Positions 33,742 to 42,240 of a stretch of DNA of 50,202 nt are shown here, piece by piece. A program made the translations under genes and the position numbers. Source of the DNA: a virus. Each line of letters opens with the position of its first letter. The stretch's first letter is position 1. The DNA is taken from positions 1 through 50,202 of IMG/VR virus record IMGVR_UViG_3300017613_000718; one strand, 5' to 3'. A model generated the notes under the pieces. That model did no database searches. It was not told the DNA's origin and saw only the letters and a list, made by a program, of their open reading frames with translations.

Positions 33742-34133
33742 TGGCCTTCAAGGACCGCCATCACGTCGCCATCACCGATGAGTAGGATTGCGGTTTGACG
33801 ATCGTCTTCGCAGATGATGTCGCCGCAGTGTTCTGGGATGAGGACACGGATGCCTTGGACGAGCCAGGGGTGGCAATCAGCGCCTGCCTTTAGGACGACC
33901 GCACAGAGGCCCCAGGTGGAACGCGCCCGGTCATCGACCCCTGGGGCATATAGAGTGCTCCCAGGCAAGAGCCTTTGGTGCCGCGCTCCTGGGATCATTG
34001 GTAATGTGGTCAAAAGCCTGTGCGGCATGGGATTCAAATTCGCATATGCGCTATCCGCGAGAGCTTCTTTGATCCTTTTGCGTTCTTCTGCTAACAGGTC
34101 GTCGTCGTATGCGACATCTAGGTGTGTACTCAT
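33711..34133 (-). CDS. GroES/Cpn10-like co-chaperonin candidate (140 aa)
   Basis: The start was moved to the ATG preceded by GGAGATACGCGC. PHRLLTTL...GLCAVVLKAGAD...VQGIRVLIPEHCGDIICEDDRQTAILLIGDGDVMAVLE parallels GroES (P..DRVIV...GEVLAVGNG...VKVGDIVIF......EEVLIMSESDILAIVE). Confidence 0.4.
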   Translation of the reverse strand: MSTHLDVAYDDDLLAEERKRIKEALADSAYANLNPMPHRLLTTLPMIPGARHQRLLPGSTLYAPGVDDRARSTWGLCAVVLKAGADCHPWLVQGIRVLIPEHCGDIICEDDRQTAILLIGDGDVMAVLEGQWATPRSKAS

Positions 34134-34196
34134 GCGCGTATCTCCGGGCTCCAACGCCTCCCGCTCGATGACTCGCCAACGAGCTGGGGCGTGAGG

Positions 34197-36098
34197 CTAA
34201 AATCCAGACTCATCTTCTTGACCAGCAGGCAGTGCCTGGGGCTGACCTGCGGCGGTTTGGACTGACTGACTGATTTGGGACATTGACTCCTTGAGTTCAG
34301 CGATGTCGAGTAGGAATTCAGCGGGGTCGTGGACGGATTCGAGGCTGTTCAGCATTGATTCAGCTGACGCGAGAAGCTTCTCGGTGATCTTAAGGAAGAT
34401 GTCACGAGCGCCTTGTGGTAGCTGTGGTTTGAGCACCATTTGCATTGAGCCGACCATGCGTTCGTAGAAGGTCATCAGGAACTGGACCATCGTGAACTGT
34501 TCGGTCTTGCGTTTTTCGGCTGCGATGTTTGCGTCTTGTGCGAGGACTTTGATGACGACTTGTGTGCGGGCAGTGTCGGCGTTGAGGTTGAAGATGTAGT
34601 TGCTGAGAAGGAGGATCTCCTCGTCGGAGAACATGGCGCGTAAGGCTTCAGTGGGCATGCGCTTGCGATAGAGTTCGATGGTGAGGTAGACGCCTTCTTG
34701 CATACCGTCTGCGAGGGAGTTGATGGCACGGCGGCCTACTGATTGGCCTGCCTTCATTGCAGGTACACCGATGGCGGCTGGGACGCGCTTGCCTGCAGCG
34801 ACGTTGCCCACGGCTGTTTCATCGAGGCCAAGGAGACGAGCTGCGTAGACGCGGTTGAGTTCTTCGAGCGCGATGGCTTGGGCTGCGGCTTGAGGGTCAC
34901 CGAGTGGGTAGATCTCAACGTCTTCGTCAGGATCTTCTGTGGCCACGACCGTGCCAGGGAGAACGCCCTCGTCGCCACCGATCTCGCCTGCGATGGCGCG
35001 GTCTTGTTTGACCACGACGAGGTGCGCGATTCCGCGTTTGCCTCCCTCGATACCGATGTTGTGGATGGAGTTCGCTTCCTCTTGTGGGGATTGGAGGACT
35101 TCGCATACGCCCTGGCCTTGGCCGTCTGTTTGGCGAGGCGAGCGTGCGTATTGGACCATGACGATCGGGCGACGGGCACCGAAGGGGTTCCAGGCTACAC
35201 GGAGGATCTTGTTCGCTTTCTTGTGCCAATCGACGACGATGGATTCGAGGATGTTGTCTTCGTTGACATCCCAGTCGAGGTAGAGTTCGTCGATGTCGTG
35301 TTGGCGATGGAGGGCGGGAAGGTCGCGGTCCTCGTCTGCGAAGAAGCGTTCGATGTCCATCGCAGCGTTTTTGTAGTAGTGGTTGAGTGCCACCCATTGG
35401 AGGATGGAGCCCCAGGTGCGGTTGCGGACGGTGTGGCCCACGAAAGGCATCTCGTTGACGCAGGTGCCGTACCCGTTCCAGAAGATGAGATCGTCGAATG
35501 AAATGAAGTACCAGCGTGCGGTGCCGCGTTCGATGGCTTGGATGGTCTCGTTGGATTCGGTGACGCCTACGTTGCGGACTGAGTCTTGGGTGTAGGCGAC
35601 CTTCCATGCACCAAGGCCCCAGTCGGTTTGGTCCTGGCTGACTTGGCTGATTACTGATTCACCGTCGAGAGCACGCTTGTTGCGGAGCATTGCTTCGAGG
35701 AACTTGGCGAGGTTCTTGGTGGGTAGGGTGAAATCGTCTTCGCCACGTTTGGGGTTGCCCACGGGTTGGATGTTGAGGAGCGGTGTTGGGAGGACGGACT
35801 GCTCGAGATTTGCTTGTGCGACGTTAGAGGCCCACATGGTGAGTGGAACGCTGACGTTGGACACACCGGTCCGGAGCGGGGCGTCGGGGTTCACCCCAGA
35901 AAGTGTCTTCCGCCAGCGTTCAACTTTCTCCATGCGAGCGGAGTGTTGAGCGTGGACGAGCGTCATGCCGCGTTCGATGAACGAGGTGAGGTCTTCCATG
36001 CACTGTTCTGAGAGTTTTAATGGTGCTGTGATGTCGATCTCGGCACGGACATCGGCGTCTATGCGTGGTGGGGTGCCAGGAACGGGCTTGCGTGGCAT
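34197..36098 (-). CDS. portal protein (633 aa)
   Basis: Size and position, directly downstream of TerL. SD gaggaga. Confidence 0.75.
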   Translation of the reverse strand: MPRKPVPGTPPRIDADVRAEIDITAPLKLSEQCMEDLTSFIERGMTLVHAQHSARMEKVERWRKTLSGVNPDAPLRTGVSNVSVPLTMWASNVAQANLEQSVLPTPLLNIQPVGNPKRGEDDFTLPTKNLAKFLEAMLRNKRALDGESVISQVSQDQTDWGLGAWKVAYTQDSVRNVGVTESNETIQAIERGTARWYFISFDDLIFWNGYGTCVNEMPFVGHTVRNRTWGSILQWVALNHYYKNAAMDIERFFADEDRDLPALHRQHDIDELYLDWDVNEDNILESIVVDWHKKANKILRVAWNPFGARRPIVMVQYARSPRQTDGQGQGVCEVLQSPQEEANSIHNIGIEGGKRGIAHLVVVKQDRAIAGEIGGDEGVLPGTVVATEDPDEDVEIYPLGDPQAAAQAIALEELNRVYAARLLGLDETAVGNVAAGKRVPAAIGVPAMKAGQSVGRRAINSLADGMQEGVYLTIELYRKRMPTEALRAMFSDEEILLLSNYIFNLNADTARTQVVIKVLAQDANIAAEKRKTEQFTMVQFLMTFYERMVGSMQMVLKPQLPQGARDIFLKITEKLLASAESMLNSLESVHDPAEFLLDIAELKESMSQISQSVQTAAGQPQALPAGQEDESGF

Positions 36099-36116
36099 GA
36101 CTGTCTCCTCGTTCGG

Positions 36117-37955
36117 TTAGATGAGTGGTGCGCCTGTGGAATTGGAGCGGGCGATGCGTCGGCGGCGTAGGCGTTTGCGGACCAAGCGTTGGACGCGGTC
36201 GGTGCCGGATGCTCCATGGTGTTCCAAAGCGATCTCCTCGTATTGAGCTTCGGTGTCTAACCAGTCAAGTGTACCATTGGGTGCGTGGCGGACCTCGCTG
36301 CGTGGTAGTGAGAGCCCCTCACGGAGTAGTAATTTGCGCTGTCCAAGGCGGTTACCTACACGGTTGCGGATGTGGTGGAATTTCGCCTCACCACGTTTGC
36401 GCGGGACCATTTCTACTGGGGCGAGGGTGACGCCGCGTTCTTGGGCGTAGAATTTGAGAGCCTTGGCTACGAAGATTTGGGCTGCGACCTTCTCGCAAAG
36501 GATCTCTACTCGGCGGCCTAGCTTCTCGCATGCGTCCATCCAGGCTTCGTAGTAGCGCTTGATGGCTTCTTCTGGTCCCCAGTGGCCAGCGGCGACATCG
36601 AGGTTGAGAACCAGTCCACGGGCTTTGTCGAGCGCGAACCATGAGATGCAGTGGCGGGCGGTCTTGCCCTTTTTGCGTGCTTCTGAATCGTCGTCGGCAG
36701 CAGCGGGGTCGATGGACATGCGGTGGCAGTAGAGGTGGGTGAGTGGAATGGTCTCGGGGGCCATGAAGACTTCGCCTGTGTCGGAGTCTTTTTGCTCGTC
36801 GATGACGGCTACCCATTCACGGTTCACGCCACGGTCGGTGTTCACGGCTCTGACTTCAAGACGGAACGGGATGAATTTGGAGGCATCCATGATGGGGTGA
36901 GCAACAGGGTTATTGCGCCACTGGATGTCGAAGATGATGTCGCCCTTGTCGCGACGGATGTTCTCTAGGTTGGGGTGGCGCTCTGGCCAGATGCCTTCAT
37001 CACGCTCAGCACAATCGGAGTCGTCATCGCCTGACCAACGACCACAGTTGCCGAAGTCATGGACGTAGCACCGATAGGCGGATCGTCGCCAGATCGCCCA
37101 GTCGTGAAGCTCTTTGTGAACGTGAGTGTTGGGGTCGTCCAAGGCCCAACGGTTCTCGGTGAGGAGGAGGAAGCCGCCGTAGGGGTCGTCATAGTCTTGG
37201 TTCTCCAAGGTTTGGGACTGGAGACGGAACCAGTCGGTGCGGCGCTGGAGTTCGGTGGGTGAGCCGTAGGACTTTTCGCTTACGAGGTCGTCGAACATGA
37301 TGCCGTCTTTGGCACCGCCGACTTCTCGGGAGTCGATGCCGATGGCACAGCAGTAGGGGTCGGGTTTGGTGGGGTCGAGGCGACCTGGGAGGACGTATTC
37401 CTCGCGAGAGAAGGTGCCGTAGTCGGGCTTGTTGGGGTTGGTCCAGACACGTTCGTCGAATAGCCAACGGAGGCTGGTGTTGCGTAGCCACTGTTCGCGG
37501 CCTGCAGCATTCCAACGGGTGGCGATCTTTTTGGACTCGCTTCCGATGGCGAGGCGGGAGTCGGCTCCTTTGAGGTGGGGGTGGTCGTCGATGAAGCGGG
37601 CAGCTCGGTCGAATTCGGCGGGGGAGTCACGTTCGGCGTCAGGGACTTGGATGCTGAGCCACCAAGGGACGGTGAGCGTGGTGATGGTGGACTTGGCGTG
37701 TTTGCGGGGGTCTTCAAAGAGGCCACGTTTCTTGGTGGTGATGACCCATTGGACCCATTCGCAGGGGCCAAAATGCGTGTCGTATGTGAATAGGTTTGGG
37801 TTGGACTTGGTGCAGAACGCAAAGCAGGTGATGGTTTTGACGGCTACGTAGAGGGATCGGCGCACGGCGGCGCGGTAGTACATCTTGGCGCGGGTGTCGC
37901 CACGTTTGCGAGCGTCTTCGACGGCGTCGTGCGTGAGTTGGTAGGCTTCAGGCAC
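36117..37955 (-). CDS. terL: terminase large subunit (612 aa)
   Basis: FEDPRKHAKST is Walker A-like (PRxxGKS/T), IMFDDLV is Walker B, LLTENRW is the coupling motif, and MSIDPA is a nuclease Asp motif. It lies upstream of the portal gene. Confidence 0.8.
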   Translation of the reverse strand: MPEAYQLTHDAVEDARKRGDTRAKMYYRAAVRRSLYVAVKTITCFAFCTKSNPNLFTYDTHFGPCEWVQWVITTKKRGLFEDPRKHAKSTITTLTVPWWLSIQVPDAERDSPAEFDRAARFIDDHPHLKGADSRLAIGSESKKIATRWNAAGREQWLRNTSLRWLFDERVWTNPNKPDYGTFSREEYVLPGRLDPTKPDPYCCAIGIDSREVGGAKDGIMFDDLVSEKSYGSPTELQRRTDWFRLQSQTLENQDYDDPYGGFLLLTENRWALDDPNTHVHKELHDWAIWRRSAYRCYVHDFGNCGRWSGDDDSDCAERDEGIWPERHPNLENIRRDKGDIIFDIQWRNNPVAHPIMDASKFIPFRLEVRAVNTDRGVNREWVAVIDEQKDSDTGEVFMAPETIPLTHLYCHRMSIDPAAADDDSEARKKGKTARHCISWFALDKARGLVLNLDVAAGHWGPEEAIKRYYEAWMDACEKLGRRVEILCEKVAAQIFVAKALKFYAQERGVTLAPVEMVPRKRGEAKFHHIRNRVGNRLGQRKLLLREGLSLPRSEVRHAPNGTLDWLDTEAQYEEIALEHHGASGTDRVQRLVRKRLRRRRIARSNSTGAPLI

Positions 37956-37961
37956 GGGCGG

Positions 37962-38192
37962 TCAATCCTTGGATGCGTCTAGGTAGATGTGGGGTGGGAC
38001 GTGGTGGTCGGGGTCGCGTTCTCGGTCGCGGAGCCACTTGAAGTAGGTGCGTTCGTTGATGCCACGCATGGCGAGTTCCCGGCGGAACTTCTTGAGGGCG
38101 CGGATGCAGGTCTCTTGGGCTTGTTGACGGGTGATGCCGAGTTCGGCGGCGATGGAATCGTAGGTGGGGAGGTCACCGTTATTGTTGCTCAT
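37962..38192 (-). CDS. small sigma-70 region-4-like HTH protein (76 aa)
   Basis: YDSIAAELGITRQQAQETCIRALKKFRREL matches the region 4.2 HTH pattern. It lies between the TerS-like gene and terL. Confidence 0.5.
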   Translation of the reverse strand: MSNNNGDLPTYDSIAAELGITRQQAQETCIRALKKFRRELAMRGINERTYFKWLRDRERDPDHHVPPHIYLDASKD

Positions 38193-38929
38193 TGCACTTC
38201 GACCTCTTCAGGTTCTACGTCAACGATGTCTGCGAGTACGTCTGACATGTCGAGACCTGATTCTTGGATAGCGTCTTTCATGTTGTTGGCCTGGATCTTG
38301 TTGGGACGGAAAGGTGTGACGTTTGATGCGTTGCCCTGGCCTGGTTGGGCAGCCATTCCTGACTGTTCGTATGCGGTCTTCGATGCGTCGATGGCGGCAC
38401 GGATTTCACCTGCTCCCATGCGACGTTCGCCAGCTGAGTCCATGCCGATGCGGTCGCGAAGTAGTTCGATGGTCTCTGATAGGAGGGTTTGGCTGCGGAT
38501 GTAGATGGCGCGTTGTCGGATGACGGGCTCGGAGGCTTCGCACGCGAGGGTCTTGTCGATGCTGGAGTATACGTCGGTGAGGAGTTCGTTGAAGATGACG
38601 GCGAATTGCGGGTCGTCCATGTGGGTTTGGAGCAGGTTCTTGGTGATCCCGACGTGCCGTGCGATGGCTTCACGATCGGTGAGGTTGTCTGAGAGGATGA
38701 GGCGACAGATTTGAGCGTAGCGGGCACGGACTACAGGGTCGATTGCGAATTTGCGACGGCGGTCTTTGCTGTATTTGCGTGTGACGATCATGTCCATGGA
38801 TTCATGGCGTTCGTGTTCGTAGGCGTCAGCTGCGTCAGCGGCGAGTTGCATTGGAGTTGGGTCTTCGATGTAAGCGTAGACCGGCGCTCGTTCGATGCAA
38901 CCGAAGTCGTACTTTCGTGGTCTTGGCAT
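38189..38929 (-). CDS. putative terminase small subunit (246 aa from ATG 38929; the track extends to a TTG at 38986)
   Basis: First gene of the late arm, upstream of terL. HTH-like LTDREAIARHVGITKNLL followed by a helical region. Neither candidate start has an SD. Confidence 0.45.
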   Translation of the reverse strand: MPRPRKYDFGCIERAPVYAYIEDPTPMQLAADAADAYEHERHESMDMIVTRKYSKDRRRKFAIDPVVRARYAQICRLILSDNLTDREAIARHVGITKNLLQTHMDDPQFAVIFNELLTDVYSSIDKTLACEASEPVIRQRAIYIRSQTLLSETIELLRDRIGMDSAGERRMGAGEIRAAIDASKTAYEQSGMAAQPGQGNASNVTPFRPNKIQANNMKDAIQESGLDMSDVLADIVDVEPEEVEVQ

Positions 38930-38935
38930 GGAGGT

Positions 38936-38965
38936 AGGATACGGTGATGTGGGCTGGTAGGTCAA
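38936..38965 (-). promoter_or_regulatory. candidate sigma70-type promoter giving a leaderless late transcript
   Basis: Minus strand reads TTGACC-18 nt-TATCCT, then 6 nt (acctcc), then ATG 38929. Confidence 0.35.
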
Positions 38966-39070
38966 GACGTAAATTCTTTCACGCAATAACTGTGCTTGAT
39001 GAGGGGGAGTTGTTGCGTAAAACCGAGGTCGAGAGTTAATGGGAACTATATTTCCCTCCCCCCTTACAAT

Positions 39071-39237
39071 CCCCCCTATAAAGAGTCTTTAATGATGCGG
39101 TTTGGGTTGGCACAGGATATCGTGAGAACGAAACTAAAGCGAAAGTGCATATAGTATTAGATCGATTTTGTGATAGTTAAAATTCCTTCAGCACATCTCA
39201 AATTTTGCGCTACATTTTTTGCAACTCTTTAGGGGGG
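39071..39237. repeat. inverted repeat CCCCCCTA(TA)AAGAGT / ACTCTTTAGGGGGG flanking an AT-rich 137-bp core
   Basis: 39071-39086 versus 39224-39237. The arms are complementary except for a 2-nt TA insertion. Confidence 0.8.
39151..39180 (-). promoter_or_regulatory. candidate sigma70-type leftward promoter
   Basis: Minus strand reads TTAACT-18 nt-TACTAT. Confidence 0.3.
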
Positions 39238-39256
39238 TACGGCGGTCGTGGTGGAA

Positions 39257-39272
39257 GGGGGGCCTACCCCCC
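39257..39272. other. perfect G6-CCTA-C6 hairpin
   Basis: ggggggcctacccccc, lying directly upstream of the first iteron. Confidence 0.85.
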
Positions 39273-39279
39273 GTTCATT

Positions 39280-39755
39280 TCGGCATTGTGGTACCTGTTT
39301 GCGCACACGGCAGTGGTGTTGTTGCGGTATTCGAGTACCTGTTTACCTTCTATCAAGCGACCCACGCGCCCACCTATTTCGGTATTGTGGTACCAGATGT
39401 ACCAGTTTACCGTGCTATTAAGGTATTGTAGTACCGTAATAGGTGCATCAAATGTGTCGCATACATGAATTAACCTTCGTACTCTACAGCTTATATCGGT
39501 ATTTCAGTACCAAATTGAGCTACTTCAAAATTTCAAGGTTAACCCATTTTGGCATGCGGTTTGCTAGGATATGTGGATATGCAATGAACATGCCATTTCG
39601 CTTAGCACGTAAGTAAGGCGAATGTAGTGTGACGCTGTCGCGCTGTGTGGCCGGTGTGGCGTGGCGATATACGCACGGGTGCATCTACCTTGATATAAAG
39701 ATCTCCGCTGTGTGGCCAGCTGGTGAGACGTGAGCACTATCGGCATTCGAGTACT
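39280..39755 (+). promoter_or_regulatory. array of six 16-bp iterons, consensus TCGGYATTSNRGTACC
   Basis: Copies: 39280-39295 tcggcattgtggtacc; 39324-39339 gcggtattcgagtacc; 39379-39394 tcggtattgtggtacc; 39420-39435 aaggtattgtagtacc; 39496-39511 tcggtatttcagtacc; 39740-39755 tcggcattcgagtact. Copies 1 and 2 are both followed by TGTTT. There is also a 12-bp direct repeat cgctgtgtggcc at 39641 and 39706. Confidence 0.85.
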
Positions 39756-39860
39756 TGATCTCTTTATATGGTGGCTTTCGCTTTATGTTCGTGCTCGCCG
39801 TTAGCAATAGGTGTGCCAAAGCATGGTTGAATAAAAGACTAGATTGGTCTACTGAAATTG

Positions 39861-39889
39861 TTGACTAGCGTGCAATTGCAGTGTATAAA
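39861..39889 (+). promoter_or_regulatory. strong sigma70-type early promoter
   Basis: TTGACT-17 nt-TATAAA, 29 nt upstream of the first plus-strand gene (SD aggagg, ATG 39918). Confidence 0.7.
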
Positions 39890-39917
39890 TAAGGCACACT
39901 TTCAATAGGAGGAAACC

Positions 39918-40118
39918 ATGCTAGACAAATCAGAAAAGCAACTCGATCAAATCAGAGCATTGCTGCATAAAGCGCACACGTTAGCGCACAAGATGTGCAA
40001 AGCCGAGCGGAAACGCTACCAGTACGGCGAACCGGTCTACGCCGCTGTTGGCAGCATCACCGATGCAGTCTACAGCGGTATCTCTGCCGTTGAAGTGTTA
40101 GACAGTCTACAGCAATAA
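39918..40118 (+). CDS. hypothetical early protein (66 aa)
   Basis: Track ORF with SD taggaggaaacc. Confidence 0.75.
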   Translation: MLDKSEKQLDQIRALLHKAHTLAHKMCKAERKRYQYGEPVYAAVGSITDAVYSGISAVEVLDSLQQ

Positions 40119-40129
40119 AGGATAAAACC

Positions 40130-40642
40130 ATGGATATAGATTATGGCCTAGGCCAAACGAACATCAACCTAAAAACTGGCATCCACTATGGTGTTATTTC
40201 ACAACACAGCATTCTGCCAGAAGCATTAGACGATGTTCTGGTAGAAGGATCTATCTATCCTACAAACTGTCCGGAATGTGGATTCGAAGTAGATCCCAAC
40301 AACCTGCCGATGGCGTGCGAATCGTGCGGTTTCGTTTCTGACGATGATTCCGAATGGTACGCAGAGGAGTCTAGCGGATTCGAGTACACCGATTCAGAAT
40401 ACTCTCTAGTCGATTGTCTTGATTCGGACGTGTTCGTTCTGAAATCGTCATTCTACACACATACGAGGTTCTGTAGCCCATGCGTTCCCGGCGCTGGAAA
40501 CCTAGACTCGCCCACTGAAGACGGCGCACGAACATATTGCCTTGGACATGATTGGTTTGAGGGTGGTAAAGCCCCGTATCCGGTCTATAGGGTACCGTGC
40601 GGGAAAGTTACTGACAATTCAATCGTTAAAGCTGAAGCATAG
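40130..40642 (+). CDS. Zn-ribbon protein (170 aa)
   Basis: Track ORF with CPECG...CESCG. SD aaaggataaaacc. Confidence 0.7.
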   Translation: MDIDYGLGQTNINLKTGIHYGVISQHSILPEALDDVLVEGSIYPTNCPECGFEVDPNNLPMACESCGFVSDDDSEWYAEESSGFEYTDSEYSLVDCLDSDVFVLKSSFYTHTRFCSPCVPGAGNLDSPTEDGARTYCLGHDWFEGGKAPYPVYRVPCGKVTDNSIVKAEA

Positions 40643-40653
40643 GAGCACACAAG

Positions 40654-41016
40654 ATGAACAAAACAAAAGAAGTAATCCCCGCGTATGGCCGCGACTACAA
40701 GACCGCCGGTCTAGCGCGGTATGCCTGGGAAACAGGGAAAGATTTCCAACTAGCGTCTATCTTCGATGGGCAACAGCTGATCAACAAACAGGATGCAGAA
40801 ACCGTCGGGCTTCATATCCTGATACGGTTCGACCGGCTAACGAAGTTGCATGATACACACCGGCCCCTACCGGTAAAGACCAAGAAAATGCTATTCGGGC
40901 CCGTTCCAACTAAGAAACCGCGCAAGTTGGGACCGTGCGAATTTTGTGGCCTACCTGGATTCCATCACAACAAAAGCTTAGGTATCGACCTGTGCGTTGA
41001 ATGTACTGATCAATAG
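40654..41016 (+). CDS. hypothetical protein with C-terminal Cys cluster (120 aa)
   Basis: Track ORF with CEFCG...CVEC. Confidence 0.7.
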   Translation: MNKTKEVIPAYGRDYKTAGLARYAWETGKDFQLASIFDGQQLINKQDAETVGLHILIRFDRLTKLHDTHRPLPVKTKKMLFGPVPTKKPRKLGPCEFCGLPGFHHNKSLGIDLCVECTDQ

Positions 41017-41024
41017 GTGAAAGC

Positions 41025-41699
41025 ATGCTAATTCGTGACGCATATTTGACGATCGGTGGCAGTACATCGGCATCGAAAATGTCCGCCGGTGTGGAGTGCC
41101 TGGCGTTTGACCCGCGACAGTGCCACACCGGCAGTAAGATGCGCAAAAAGAAGGGCACTATTTGCCGCGAGGGATGCTACGGATTCGATGGCTGTTGTAG
41201 GTTCTCGACAACCAAGATCGCAGAGGCTCGGCGTATGGACGCATATCGAGAAGCAGATCCAGCTGAATATCAGGCGGCGTTTGTGCGCATATTAGGTGAT
41301 GGACGACGTGAGCGAATGCGCTGGTTTACAGATGGGGATCTAGCGGATGCGGCTATGCTACGCATTATCAAAGCGATAGCCGAACGGACACCTGACACGC
41401 GGCACTGGCTACCGACAAAGGAACGCGGGTGGCTGATAGCATTCGAGCGGCGCAATGTGTGGCCGGATAATGTGTGCGCACGGCTGTCACTACCTGGGAT
41501 AAATCAAAAGGTGCCTATGTCGGTGAGCGACCGGCCCATATCCACGGTGCATACTGATCCATCGGTGTATCCTGATGCACACATATGTCCAGCTTACGAA
41601 CAAGACGGCACCTGTGGAGATTGTGACGCATGCTGGAATAGAGAGGTTTTGCATGTTAGCTACCCGTTTCATAAGAACGGGAGAAAGGTGGCAGCATGA
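41025..41699 (+). CDS. conserved-looking Cys-rich protein (224 aa); family unverified
   Basis: CREGCYGFDGCC...RWFTDGDL...HWLPTKERGW...CGDCDACW. I cannot assign a family without a search. Confidence 0.6.
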   Translation: MLIRDAYLTIGGSTSASKMSAGVECLAFDPRQCHTGSKMRKKKGTICREGCYGFDGCCRFSTTKIAEARRMDAYREADPAEYQAAFVRILGDGRRERMRWFTDGDLADAAMLRIIKAIAERTPDTRHWLPTKERGWLIAFERRNVWPDNVCARLSLPGINQKVPMSVSDRPISTVHTDPSVYPDAHICPAYEQDGTCGDCDACWNREVLHVSYPFHKNGRKVAA

Positions 41700-41995
41700 C
41701 ACAACGAAAGAGACCTGATATCCGAATCTGCCAGGCGGTTGTGTGCCGTCTCGGTAACAACGTGGTACCGGACTTCAAGACCGACGCGCACGAACGGTTG
41801 TTCGTCAACCGTGTACTGTTAGAAGAAGGAGCGACGTACAGCGAATTCCGCCTGCTGGACGAAAAGCCGGGCCGAGATGACTGGAACGGGTACGAAGGTC
41901 TGCACGGTGAATGGCACCATCGGTTGCGACGCAACAGAAACCATCCGATAAGCGGTAAGGAGATGTTCGAGATTCTGGCGAAGAATGACGCGTAA
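41696..41995 (+). CDS. hypothetical protein, possible His-Me finger (99 aa)
   Basis: GEWHHRLRRNRNH is HNH-like. ATGA overlap with the upstream gene. Confidence 0.5.
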   Translation: MTQRKRPDIRICQAVVCRLGNNVVPDFKTDAHERLFVNRVLLEEGATYSEFRLLDEKPGRDDWNGYEGLHGEWHHRLRRNRNHPISGKEMFEILAKNDA

Positions 41996-42030
41996 TAGGC
42001 TCCCATACACAACCATAAATAGAGGACACG

Positions 42031-42225
42031 ATGACCAACAACCAAATGATTGAGAAAGTGCTCCGTTTGGGTTATGAGATTGAGAACCTCGAAGAAGAAC
42101 TGAACAACAAATCGACCGAGATTGAAGGCGTGGAAGAAGAGTGGATCAAGACCCACGCGTGCAGCTGTGGGCTATTTCAAATCCCAGAATGTGCAACAGC
42201 GTGCGTGAGTTGTAAACACGTATAG
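42031..42225 (+). CDS. hypothetical protein (64 aa)
   Basis: Track ORF with SD agaggacacg. Confidence 0.6.
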   Translation: MTNNQMIEKVLRLGYEIENLEEELNNKSTEIEGVEEEWIKTHACSCGLFQIPECATACVSCKHV

Positions 42226-42240
42226 ACGGAGGACAAAACC

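Noticed and set aside
34743-35607. A 252-aa plus-strand ORF and a 226-aa Arg/Pro-rich minus-strand ORF inside the portal gene.
   Set aside because: They are alternative frames of the portal ORF with extreme R/P/H composition and no SD. The portal frame is continuous for 633 aa.
38930-38986. The TTG 38986 start for the first late gene.
   Set aside because: It has no SD, and the extension would contain the TTGACC-18-TATCCT promoter-like element. ATG 38929 is preferred, with low certainty.
39205-39468. Track ORFs of 87 aa and 70 aa inside the control region.
   Set aside because: They have no SD, and their sequence is generated by the G/C tracts and iterons. They overlap each other in different frames.
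39562-39572. The 11-mer TGCTAGGATAT shared with 43665-43675, in the two large non-coding regions.
   Set aside because: A single 11-bp match between about 1.5 kb of intergenic DNA is close to chance expectation. It has no convincing -35/-10 context.
39280-39755. The iteron array as a CRISPR array.
   Set aside because: The repeats are only 16 bp and degenerate. Start-to-start spacings are irregular (41 to 244 bp) and there are no cas genes. The array sits between divergent promoters, which is typical of origin or operator iterons.
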